Below are positions 28,633 through 37,027 of a stretch of DNA of 63,731 bases, piece after piece. The notes beneath the pieces were generated by a model that did not search any database, was not told the DNA's origin, and worked only from the letters and a program-made list of their open reading frames with translations. Both the position numbers and the translations under genes were made by a program. The number at the start of each line of letters is the position of its first letter. Position 1 is the stretch's first letter. Origin of the DNA: a virus (Duplodnaviria; Caudoviricetes); IMG/VR virus record IMGVR_UViG_3300033145_001147, positions 1-63,731 of that record; one strand, given 5' to 3'.

Positions 28633-28827
28633 ATGAAAATAATATTGATAATAGGTTTTGTAGTAGGATTAACAATTTTTGGATTTAGTCTTTCTAGTTG
28701 GATTTTTATGTTACTTTGGAATTGGGTTTTAGTTGATTTATTTTCAGTTCCTATTATAAGTTTTTGGCAATCATTAGCAATTATAATTTTATTATCTTTT
28801 ATAGGTGGTATGTTTAAGTTAAAATAA
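28633..28827 (+). CDS. small membrane protein
   Basis: hydrophobic; LWNW...ISFWQ motif. Confidence 0.7.
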   Translation: MKIILIIGFVVGLTIFGFSLSSWIFMLLWNWVLVDLFSVPIISFWQSLAIIILLSFIGGMFKLK

Positions 28828-29156
28828 TGAAGTTTAAAAAGATAACAAATAAATATTATCCAGATTTTTATATAGATGAATCAGGTTTTTATAGTATTGG
28901 TGTTGATACACAATTATATGGTAGAATGAAGATACAGGTTATGCACCGAGATTCGCCAAAAAATAATTGGTATGTTATACGAGAATATATAAGCTATGAG
29001 CCGAAGTGTATTATCCAACAATTGAAAGAAATTTTTGAAAAATTAGAAATTATTTCTTTCAAAGAAAAAGTTATTAATGGATGGGAAGAAATTGAAATGA
29101 TTTTACCACCTAATGATAAGAAGTATTTAGAAGATAATTATGAAAAAGAATATTAA
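28827..29156 (+). CDS. hypothetical protein
   Basis: translationally coupled ORF. Confidence 0.6.
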   Translation: MKFKKITNKYYPDFYIDESGFYSIGVDTQLYGRMKIQVMHRDSPKNNWYVIREYISYEPKCIIQQLKEIFEKLEIISFKEKVINGWEEIEMILPPNDKKYLEDNYEKEY

Positions 29157-29610
29157 AGAATTTCTTAAACAATCGAATTTTATAGAATCAGAATATGGTT
29201 CAGAAGCTTTAGATGATTCAATTAAAGCTTGGGATTATATGATTGGAGAAGATAATATAACTGTAAATCGTATTTTAGAAGGACATAGAATTTTGTTAGA
29301 AAATTTGAATTCAAGAATTGCTGGAAAATTTAGAAATTGTAAAGTTTGGGTAGGAGGTAGAGAATGTCCTGCAGATTATGCAGTTCAAGGATTACTTCTT
29401 AATTGGGTAAAATTACATGGTAGAGCTTCTAAAGAAGAAGATATTAAAAAAGCACATATTGCTTTTGAACATATTCATCCTTTTGAAGATGGGAATGGGC
29501 GTATAGGAAGAATCATAATGAATTGGCAGAGAATCAAAAATAATTTGCCAATACTAATAATTCATGAAGGATACGAACAGCGGGAATATTATTTATGGTT
29601 TAGGGATTAG
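29140..29610 (+). CDS. Fic/Doc domain protein
   Basis: canonical HPFEDGNGRIGR. Confidence 0.92.
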   Translation: MKKNIKEFLKQSNFIESEYGSEALDDSIKAWDYMIGEDNITVNRILEGHRILLENLNSRIAGKFRNCKVWVGGRECPADYAVQGLLLNWVKLHGRASKEEDIKKAHIAFEHIHPFEDGNGRIGRIIMNWQRIKNNLPILIIHEGYEQREYYLWFRD

Positions 29611-30025
29611 TATATTGATTGTGTTATTGATAATTCCTTTTATTGTTTGGTCTAACAAAGCTGAAGTTTTGTATTATCAACAAGAAATACCAAAAAATAA
29701 TATTATAAAACAAGAACCTGAAAAGGAACCAGAGATAAAAGTTGGTAATAAAATCTATTGTTCTTGTATTAAAACAGCAAGGGCGGAAGGAGTAGATATT
29801 CCTTATAATACTAATGCAGAAGATTTTATAGCAAATTCAGTTCCACAAGTAGGAGGATTAGTATTAATGGAATATGGATTAATATCTCATGTAGCTGTAA
29901 TAGTAAAATTTATAAATGAAGGAATAATTATTAGAGAAGGAAATAAAATTCATTGTGAAAAAACTGAAAGATTAATTCCTTATAGTTATTATGCAATAAA
30001 AGGTTTTTGGAACCCAGAAAAATAA
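29564..30025 (+). CDS. membrane-anchored CHAP/NlpC-like amidase
   Basis: N-terminal TM helix; Cys (CSC), HVAV and EGN. Confidence 0.6.
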   Translation: MKDTNSGNIIYGLGISILIVLLIIPFIVWSNKAEVLYYQQEIPKNNIIKQEPEKEPEIKVGNKIYCSCIKTARAEGVDIPYNTNAEDFIANSVPQVGGLVLMEYGLISHVAVIVKFINEGIIIREGNKIHCEKTERLIPYSYYAIKGFWNPEK

Positions 30026-30068
30026 GCAGTTGAAAATATTATAAAAAGTAATAAGATAAACAAAACCA

Positions 30069-30263
30069 GTGGAAAAAACATATATATTCAAAACAAAATC
30101 AAGTGATAATGAAATGATTCTTAGAGGAGCACTTGGTAAAAAATTAATGACAGAATTATCTAATGAAGATAAGGTTATTAGTATAATGTCAGGAGCAATA
30201 GTGACAACTGTTGTTACTACAATAGAAACAGTAGAAGAATTAAATGAATTAGCTACAAGATAG
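30069..30263 (+). CDS. hypothetical protein
   Basis: GTG-start ORF. Confidence 0.45.
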   Translation: MEKTYIFKTKSSDNEMILRGALGKKLMTELSNEDKVISIMSGAIVTTVVTTIETVEELNELATR

Positions 30264-30308
30264 ATATCCACACTTTTATTTGATTATATTTGTTATATAT
30301 ATTATAAT
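30264..30308 (+). promoter_or_regulatory. near-consensus DnaA box plus sigma70-type promoter
   Basis: ATATCCACA 30264-30272, TTGATT-17-TATAAT 30280-30308. Confidence 0.7.
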
Positions 30309-30312
30309 ACAA

Positions 30313-30411
30313 GTATCCTTTACCCTCTTTTGAAAGAAAGAGGTTTTGTATGCCCATCAATTGTGATGGCAATAAGTTTTGCCTTCCGTTTCTACGGAAG
30401 GTAAAGGATAT
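30313..30411 (+). ncRNA. candidate ~100-nt multibranch structured RNA
   Basis: 12-bp closing stem plus three internal hairpins, starting near the predicted TSS. Confidence 0.55.
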
Positions 30412-30428
30412 TTGATAGTTAATTGTGG

Positions 30429-30503
30429 GGTGGATGTGGTGTAATGGTAGCACTTTATTCTGTGAAAATGACAGATTGGGTTCGAATCTCAACTTCCACC
30501 CCA
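30429..30503 (+). tRNA. tRNA-His(GTG)
   Basis: cloverleaf, G-1:C73, anticodon loop CTGTGAA, encoded CCA. Confidence 0.85.
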
Positions 30504-30582
30504 GAGTTAATTATTAACATTGCTTTGTTTTAATTATTATACTATAATTGATATATTACAATTTAATTAATGATAAAGTATT

Positions 30583-31059
30583 ATGAAGATTAATTATAAA
30601 AAGCTAGAACAAGATTCTAAAAGTCTTGCTCAAAAAATAGAAAAAGGAAAGTATGATGCCGTTTATGGTATTCCTGCTGGTGGTATTCTTCCAGCTTTTA
30701 TTATTTCTAAAGAGTTAGATATCCCTTTGGTATCTGAAATTGAAGAAGGTAAAAATATTTTAGTAGTAGATGATTTAGTTGATTCAGGTGATACAATTCT
30801 TTCTTTAAGAGAAGAATATGGAAACTTTGATGTTGCTGTTATTTATATAAAAGATGTTGATGGAATAGGAGCTTCATTAGTTGAAGTTTATGAAAAACTT
30901 ATCCCAAATGAATGGGTAGATTTACCTCATGAAGGATTAGAATTGCCTATAGAAAATAATATAATAAGAATTTTAGAATATTATAATCAACAAATTACAG
31001 TTGAAGAAGTAAGTAGTCTTAATAATTTAATAAAACAAAGATATGAAAAAACAAAGTAA
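30583..31059 (+). CDS. type I phosphoribosyltransferase (Gpt-like)
   Basis: YGIPAGG, PRPP loop LVVDDLVDSGDT, WVDLPHE. Confidence 0.85.
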   Translation: MKINYKKLEQDSKSLAQKIEKGKYDAVYGIPAGGILPAFIISKELDIPLVSEIEEGKNILVVDDLVDSGDTILSLREEYGNFDVAVIYIKDVDGIGASLVEVYEKLIPNEWVDLPHEGLELPIENNIIRILEYYNQQITVEEVSSLNNLIKQRYEKTK

Positions 31060-32089
31060 ATGTAAAGTTTGTGGTAAGAAGTTTTCTTTTGACGATTCTG
31101 TTCAAAAAGGATTATATTGTTGTGTTAAATGTCGTTATGCAGACCATTCTAATATTATAAAAGATAGTTATACTCCAGAACTTAAAAAATTACGTTCTGA
31201 ACATGCAAAAGAACAGATGAAAGACAAGAAGCAAATAGAAATTCGTCAACAAAAATGTGGATATAAAATGACTGACGAACAAAGGGAAAAACTATCAGAT
31301 TCAAAAATTAAAAATTCTTTTACTAGGGCTAAAAAGTTAATTATAAAGGAGAGAGGAGAATTTTGTGAAAGATGTGGGAAAGATATTTCTGATTGGCAAT
31401 TAACTGTCCATCATAAAAACGGAAGAAAATGGGATAATGATTTAGATAATTTGCAAATACTTTGTCGTTCTTGTCATTCTAAATTACATAATCAGATAGG
31501 GAAATTGTCTAGTCATTTTGCAGGATTAGCAACAGTTGAAAATTATATTGCTTTAATGCTTCAACATTTAGGAGTTGATTTAGATGACCCTGATTTCAAA
31601 GAAACTCCATTAAGAGTAGCAAGAATGTATAATGAACAATTTGAAGGATTAAAACCTGAAGCTAAAGATGAAATAAAAAATATATTTGGCACAAGATTTC
31701 CTTGTGAAAATGATAATATGGTTGTTATAGATGATATTCGAGTTTATAGTTTGTGTCCTCATCATTTGGTGACGATAATTTATGATATAGCAATTGGTTA
31801 TGTTCCTAATAAATTTGTATTAGGATTGTCTAAATTTGCACGAATAAGTGAGTTATTAGCTCATAAACCTGTTATTCAAGAAACTTTTACTGCTGAACTT
31901 GGTAAGGCAATAGAGGATGAATTGAAACCTCTCGGTGTTGCGGTTAGGATAAAGGGAACTCATTTTTGTATGGTATCAAGAGGAGCAAAACAACAAAATT
32001 CTAAAACTATGACGGCATATATGTCTGGAGTATTTAGAGATAATAAAGACAATTCTAGAAGTGAATTTTATAAGTTAATAGAAAAATAA
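31043..32089 (+). CDS. folE: HNH endonuclease fused to GTP cyclohydrolase I
   Basis: N-terminal CERC..HH..N..CRSCH; C-terminal ETPLRVAR, SLCPHH, GLSKFAR, IQE, HFCMVSRG. Confidence 0.9.
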   Translation: MKKQSKCKVCGKKFSFDDSVQKGLYCCVKCRYADHSNIIKDSYTPELKKLRSEHAKEQMKDKKQIEIRQQKCGYKMTDEQREKLSDSKIKNSFTRAKKLIIKERGEFCERCGKDISDWQLTVHHKNGRKWDNDLDNLQILCRSCHSKLHNQIGKLSSHFAGLATVENYIALMLQHLGVDLDDPDFKETPLRVARMYNEQFEGLKPEAKDEIKNIFGTRFPCENDNMVVIDDIRVYSLCPHHLVTIIYDIAIGYVPNKFVLGLSKFARISELLAHKPVIQETFTAELGKAIEDELKPLGVAVRIKGTHFCMVSRGAKQQNSKTMTAYMSGVFRDNKDNSRSEFYKLIEK

Positions 32090-32090
32090 T

Positions 32091-32795
32091 ATGGATGTAA
32101 AAAAAGCAGTTGTCGTTCTTTCAGGGGGAATGGATAGCACAACATTATTGTATAGGGTTATAAATGAAGGATTTGAAGTTTCTGTCTTGTCTTTTGATTA
32201 TGGTCAAAGACATAAGAAAGAGTTAGAAGTTGCAAAAAAGACTTGTGAGAAATTAAATGTCTTACATAAGATAATTGATTTGACAAGTGTTAAGCAAGTT
32301 ATGAAGAATTCTGCCTTGACAGATGACATAGAAGTGCCTGAAGGGCATTATGCAGACGAGAATATGAAATCAACAGTTGTTCCTAATAGAAATATGATTA
32401 TGGCTTCGATTGCGATTGCAGAAGCAGTTTCTATTGAAGCGGAAGCTGTTTATTTAGGAGTTCATGGAGGCGACCATGACATTTATCCAGATTGTCGTAA
32501 AGAGTTTATAGAAAAATTGAATGATGTTTCTAAGATTGCTAATTATCATTCAGTTGAAATTCGAGCCCCTTATTTAGAAATGGATAAGGGAGATATTCTT
32601 ATTGAAGGAAAAGAATTAGGAGTTGATTATTCTTTTACACGAACTTGTTATCAAGCTGGAGAAAAATCATGTGGTCGATGTGGTTCCTGTATAGAACGTA
32701 TCTTGGCATTTAAGAAAGCAGGTTGTATTGACCCTATTTTTTATGAAAAATCATGGGAAGAAGTTTTACAACATGCAGAAAAATTGGATAAATAG
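32091..32795 (+). CDS. queC: 7-cyano-7-deazaguanine synthase
   Basis: SGGMDS, YGQRH, VPNRN, YPDCR, CY...CGRCGSC. Confidence 0.95.
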   Translation: MDVKKAVVVLSGGMDSTTLLYRVINEGFEVSVLSFDYGQRHKKELEVAKKTCEKLNVLHKIIDLTSVKQVMKNSALTDDIEVPEGHYADENMKSTVVPNRNMIMASIAIAEAVSIEAEAVYLGVHGGDHDIYPDCRKEFIEKLNDVSKIANYHSVEIRAPYLEMDKGDILIEGKELGVDYSFTRTCYQAGEKSCGRCGSCIERILAFKKAGCIDPIFYEKSWEEVLQHAEKLDK

Positions 32796-32820
32796 AAAAT
32801 TATAGGTTATAATATAACCT

Positions 32821-33417
32821 ATGAAATGTCTTAATTGTAATGAAGAAATAAATAATAAAAAATTTTGTGATATTAAATGTTATCAAGAATTTAGAAAACA
32901 ATTATATGATGAAAAATATACAAAACAATGTTTAGTTTGTGGTAATTATTTTAGATGTAAATCTACAGCTCCTAAAACTAAAACTTGTGGAAAAATATGT
33001 TTAAGTAAATTATTTTCTCAAAGAAAATGGTCAAAAGTTACAAATAAGAAAAGGTCTAACACTTTAATAAAATATTGGAATAGCCGAATAAGAATAGGTA
33101 TATTACATACAAAAGATGAAAAAAGAAGAATTAAAGAAAGTTGTAAAGGAATAAATAAAAAAGATAAAAACGGTAATTGGAAAGGAGGAATTTCAACTGA
33201 AAATAATTTATTAAGAAATAGTCCTGAATATTGTGATTGGAGAAAGAAAGTTTTTGAAAGAGATAATTATACTTGTCGGAAATGTGGAGATAAAGGAATT
33301 GAATTAAATGCTCATCATAAAAAATCTTTTTCTAAATATATTGAACTAAGATTTGATATTAATAATGGTTTAACTTTATGTAAACAATGTCACAAACAAA
33401 TACATCAAAAAAAATAA
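32821..33417 (+). CDS. HNH homing endonuclease
   Basis: [12 protein letters not shown]...AHHK...[10 protein letters not shown]. Confidence 0.88.
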   Translation: MKCLNCNEEINNKKFCDIKCYQEFRKQLYDEKYTKQCLVCGNYFRCKSTAPKTKTCGKICLSKLFSQRKWSKVTNKKRSNTLIKYWNSRIRIGILHTKDEKRRIKESCKGINKKDKNGNWKGGISTENNLLRNSPEYCDWRKKVFERDNYTCRKCGDKGIELNAHHKKSFSKYIELRFDINNGLTLCKQCHKQIHQKK

Positions 33418-33509
33418 AAGGGGAAGAAAAACCCTGTGGTAAATGTGGTTCTTGTGTTGAAAGAGCGGAAGGGTTTGTAAGAGCGGGAATGATTGACCCT
33501 ACATTATAA
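33417..33509 (+). pseudogene. displaced alternative 3' end of queC
   Basis: [30 protein letters not shown] mirrors QueC GEKSCGRCGSCIERILAFKKAGCIDP. Confidence 0.85.
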
Positions 33510-33513
33510 AAAT

Positions 33514-33903
33514 ATGAAGATAAGATTACCTAAAAGTGATGAAATTGATGAAACACAAAAATTAATGAATCAATTTTATTTCATGTATAAAAAAGCATTA
33601 ATAGAATACATAAAAAGTTTTTGTGTTTTTATTGCCGAAGAAGATGATACAATTGTGGGAATAATACTTTATAACAAAAAAAGAAATAAAATACTTTTAT
33701 TAGTTATTAAAAAAGAATATAGAAGGAAAAATATAGGAAAAAAATTATTTGAAACATCAAGAACGATATTAAACTTAAAAAAGATAAAAATATTAGCTGT
33801 TGAAGAAAGTATTAATTTTTGGCAATCAATTGGTTTTTACAAGACTAATAAATTTGAAAAAACTAAACATAAGATATTAACAGAAATGGAATGGGGGATA
33901 TAA
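33514..33903 (+). CDS. GNAT family N-acetyltransferase
   Basis: VGII, motif A VIKKEYRRKNIGK, motif B INFWQSIGF. Confidence 0.85.
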   Translation: MKIRLPKSDEIDETQKLMNQFYFMYKKALIEYIKSFCVFIAEEDDTIVGIILYNKKRNKILLLVIKKEYRRKNIGKKLFETSRTILNLKKIKILAVEESINFWQSIGFYKTNKFEKTKHKILTEMEWGI

Positions 33904-33931
33904 GTTTATAAAATAATAACAAGATAAAAAT

Positions 33932-34366
33932 ATGAAAAACTATGGTTCAAAAGAAGTAGATAAAATGGTTAATACAAAGAATTGGGAACTTTGGGATGCT
34001 CCCAAGAATTCAACTCCGATTTATCAATATTTTCCAGAGTTTACTTGTTTATGTCCGAGAAGTGGTTACCCTGATTTTGCAAAAGTGCATATTATTTCAG
34101 TTGCAAATAAGAAAGTTTTGGAGTTGAAAGATTTAAAGTTATGGCTTAATTCTTTCAGAAATGTGGGAATTAGTCATGAAAATGCAACAAATCTTATTGC
34201 TGAAACTTTAATGAAAAAATTAAAATTAAAATATATTTTTGTCTTAATGGAATATTCTCCTAGAGGTAATTTACATACTTTACCTATGGTAGAACTGAAA
34301 AGACAATATAAATTAAGTAATGAAGTCGTTCAAATAAAAAAGAAATTAATAGATAAGGTAATATAA
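33932..34366 (+). CDS. queF: preQ0 reductase, unimodular QueF
   Basis: EFTCLCP..G.PDFA, QueF-like motif ELKDLKLW, SHE, PRG. Confidence 0.85.
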   Translation: MKNYGSKEVDKMVNTKNWELWDAPKNSTPIYQYFPEFTCLCPRSGYPDFAKVHIISVANKKVLELKDLKLWLNSFRNVGISHENATNLIAETLMKKLKLKYIFVLMEYSPRGNLHTLPMVELKRQYKLSNEVVQIKKKLIDKVI

Positions 34367-34368
34367 TT

Positions 34369-35208
34369 ATGAAATTATTTTTTGCATCACCTATCCCAAG
34401 ATATGTAAAATTATTAAAAGAGGAAAATGCTAGTAATTTTCTTGTTAGTTATGCTACAAAAAATATTTGTGTTTCAATAATAAAAGATGGAAACTTAGAT
34501 TCAGGAGATAGTTTGATTATTGATAGTGGAGCTTTTTCTGCTTGGACTAAAAATGTCAAGATTAATTTATCTGAATATATAGATTTTTGTCATGAAACAG
34601 TGAAATTAAAACCTTGTAATAATATTTATTTTATAAATTTAGATGTTATTCCAGGAAGTTTTGGCAAAAGACCAACGAATGAACAAATTGAAGAATCAGC
34701 GAAAAAGGGAATGGAAAATTATCAGATAATGAAAAGAGCTGGATTGAAAGTTATGCCTGTGTTTCACCAGCATGAGGATTTTAAATGGTTGAAAGAAATG
34801 ATAAAAGAAATTGATTATATAGGAATATCTCCAGCTAATGATGTTTCGGTAAAAAGAAGAATTAATTGGTTGAAAAAAGTTTACAGTTTGATGAAGGCAG
34901 ATTATAAAACTCATTTATTTGGATTTACAGCGTTTGAGGCATTAAAACAATTTCCTTGTTATTCTGCTGATAGCACCTCTTGGTTAGCTCCTGCAAGATA
35001 TGGGCAATATGTAACTTTTGATAAAGATAAGATTAAAACTTTTAGAGGTAGAGATAAAAAACTTACTAACGAATCTTATATGATGATAAGAGATAGAGAA
35101 ACAAAAGGAATGAATATAGAAATTATAAGATTACAAGTAATAGAATTATTAAAAATACAAAGTTATATTACAAGATTGTGGGAAAAAAGAGGAATTAAAT
35201 GGGATTAA
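34369..35208 (+). CDS. dpdA: TGT-fold transglycosylase, DpdA-like
   Basis: IDSGAFS, LDVI, PVFH, HLFG, SADSTSW; context in que cluster. Confidence 0.75.
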   Translation: MKLFFASPIPRYVKLLKEENASNFLVSYATKNICVSIIKDGNLDSGDSLIIDSGAFSAWTKNVKINLSEYIDFCHETVKLKPCNNIYFINLDVIPGSFGKRPTNEQIEESAKKGMENYQIMKRAGLKVMPVFHQHEDFKWLKEMIKEIDYIGISPANDVSVKRRINWLKKVYSLMKADYKTHLFGFTAFEALKQFPCYSADSTSWLAPARYGQYVTFDKDKIKTFRGRDKKLTNESYMMIRDRETKGMNIEIIRLQVIELLKIQSYITRLWEKRGIKWD

Positions 35209-35226
35209 TAATTAATAAATAATGTT

Positions 35227-35907
35227 ATGAAGATAAATACAAACAATTTGAAGGTAGATATAAATTTAGTTCATCCAAACAAATACAACCCAAAACTTAA
35301 TTTTGAGGAAAATGAACATAATGCTATTGAGTATCAAAAGATTAAAGATAGTTTAGAGAAATTTGGACAAGTAGACCCTGTTATTGTTCGAACATTAGAT
35401 GAAGGCGAATATAAAGGGGAATATGAAATAATAAATGGTTTTCATAGACACAGAGCAATGAAAGAGTTAGGTAGTCAAGAGATTGAAATAAAAGATTTGG
35501 GAGTAATAGATTTTGATACTGCTGTAGCTATTGCTTTACAAACAGAAGATACAAAAATCCCTATTGATAACATAGAATTGGCTGGATTAATGAAAGAATT
35601 AGTTACTGAAGATAAAGATACTGATTATTGGGCTAAACTTTTACCTTATAATGCAGAGATAATACAATCTAAGATAGATTTAATTGATTTTGATTTTGAA
35701 CAATTTAATAATGAACAAGAAGAAGGGGGAGGGGAAATTGATAATAGTTCATTTTCTTTCAAAATTAAAGACGAAGTAGATGCAGAGATGTGCCACAAAG
35801 CTTTGAATTTGGCTTCTGACGATAAGAATGATGCTTTCGTGGAACTATGTAGGTCTTTTATCCAAATGAGCGAGGTTGGGGTTGATAGTGATGAAGAAGA
35901 AGATTAA
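35227..35907 (+). CDS. ParB/Srx N-terminal domain protein
   Basis: PNKYNP, SLEKFG, PVIVR, IINGFHR. Confidence 0.85.
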   Translation: MKINTNNLKVDINLVHPNKYNPKLNFEENEHNAIEYQKIKDSLEKFGQVDPVIVRTLDEGEYKGEYEIINGFHRHRAMKELGSQEIEIKDLGVIDFDTAVAIALQTEDTKIPIDNIELAGLMKELVTEDKDTDYWAKLLPYNAEIIQSKIDLIDFDFEQFNNEQEEGGGEIDNSSFSFKIKDEVDAEMCHKALNLASDDKNDAFVELCRSFIQMSEVGVDSDEEED

Positions 35908-35925
35908 TAATTAATAAATAATGTA

Positions 35926-36219
35926 ATGAAAAAAACAAAAACTATAGAAGAACAATGGAAAAATCTACCTGCTAATTACAGTGATGGGTTTTATGCTAAA
36001 AGAGGTGGTTTTCAACATTCAAAAGTTTATGAAGAAAGATTACAATTTGTAAAAAATAAAGTTATAGAAAGAGAAGAAGAAATAATTGAAATTATTAAAA
36101 ATTTCAAAGTTCCTAAAAAAGTTAGAGTAATTTCAGACGGAGTAGATGTAAATGATGAATATAAACAAGAATTTTACAATAGATTAATGGAATTGATAAT
36201 TAAAAAAATAAAAATGTAA
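35926..36219 (+). CDS. hypothetical protein
   Basis: ORF in run. Confidence 0.6.
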   Translation: MKKTKTIEEQWKNLPANYSDGFYAKRGGFQHSKVYEERLQFVKNKVIEREEEIIEIIKNFKVPKKVRVISDGVDVNDEYKQEFYNRLMELIIKKIKM

Positions 36220-36371
36220 TGTCAATACAAGATATAAAAGAATTTATTAAATCTCCTTTTTCTTTTTGGTTGTTTAATCCAGAAGCAATTATAGAGATTA
36301 TAAATGAAAATAGAGTGAAAATAGATAAAGATGCTACAACCAAATTAGATGTATATAAGCATTTTTACAAC

Positions 36372-36420
36372 CAAAACTAACAGAATTTAACAAAATATAA
36401 CAAAAAATAACAGACAAAAT
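36372..36420. repeat. imperfect ~10-bp tandem repeats upstream of terS
   Basis: CAAAACTAA CAGAATTTAA CAAAATATAA CAAAAAATAA CAGACAAAAT. Confidence 0.55.
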
Positions 36421-36445
36421 AGAAAAATTAATAGATTAATGTATA

Positions 36446-37027
36446 ATGAGAAGTATGGATAAATTAAACTTAAAAGAAACAATGGCTATTGAATTAAAAT
36501 ATTTAGGTAATTCAATGAAAGCCATATCAGAAAAATTAGAAATGCCTTTTGATACTGTAAATGGGTGGTTTAGAACTGGGGGAAAACTTGACGAAGCTTA
36601 TCTAAAATATACAGAAGAAGTTAATGAGAAAAGAAAACAACAAATGGAAAAAAAGATTTCTATTTCTGATGACGAATTCTTTATTTTAACTACTAATATC
36701 GTTAGACAAATAGGAAAAAGTTTACAAAAAAGAAAAGTTCCTTTAGTTAATAAAAAAGGACAAGCTGTTGCTGATGAAAATGGTTTACCACAATATATTG
36801 AAGTAGAACCTTCTTCTGATTTTAGTGTGAGTGATTTAAGAAATGTTTGGCAAATGCAAAGAATAATGAAAGGACTTCCTATTAATTATGAAAAACAAGA
36901 AGTATCACAAACAAGTTTTGAAAGTGATATGATTATTAAAGAGTTAGGATTAACAGAAGAAGATTTCAAAGATGAAAACATTGAAGCAACAACAAACAAA
37001 ATTACAAAGCATCTCCTTAAACGATAA
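36446..37027 (+). CDS. terminase small subunit
   Basis: N-terminal HTH; overlaps the large terminase gene. Confidence 0.7.
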   Translation: MRSMDKLNLKETMAIELKYLGNSMKAISEKLEMPFDTVNGWFRTGGKLDEAYLKYTEEVNEKRKQQMEKKISISDDEFFILTTNIVRQIGKSLQKRKVPLVNKKGQAVADENGLPQYIEVEPSSDFSVSDLRNVWQMQRIMKGLPINYEKQEVSQTSFESDMIIKELGLTEEDFKDENIEATTNKITKHLLKR

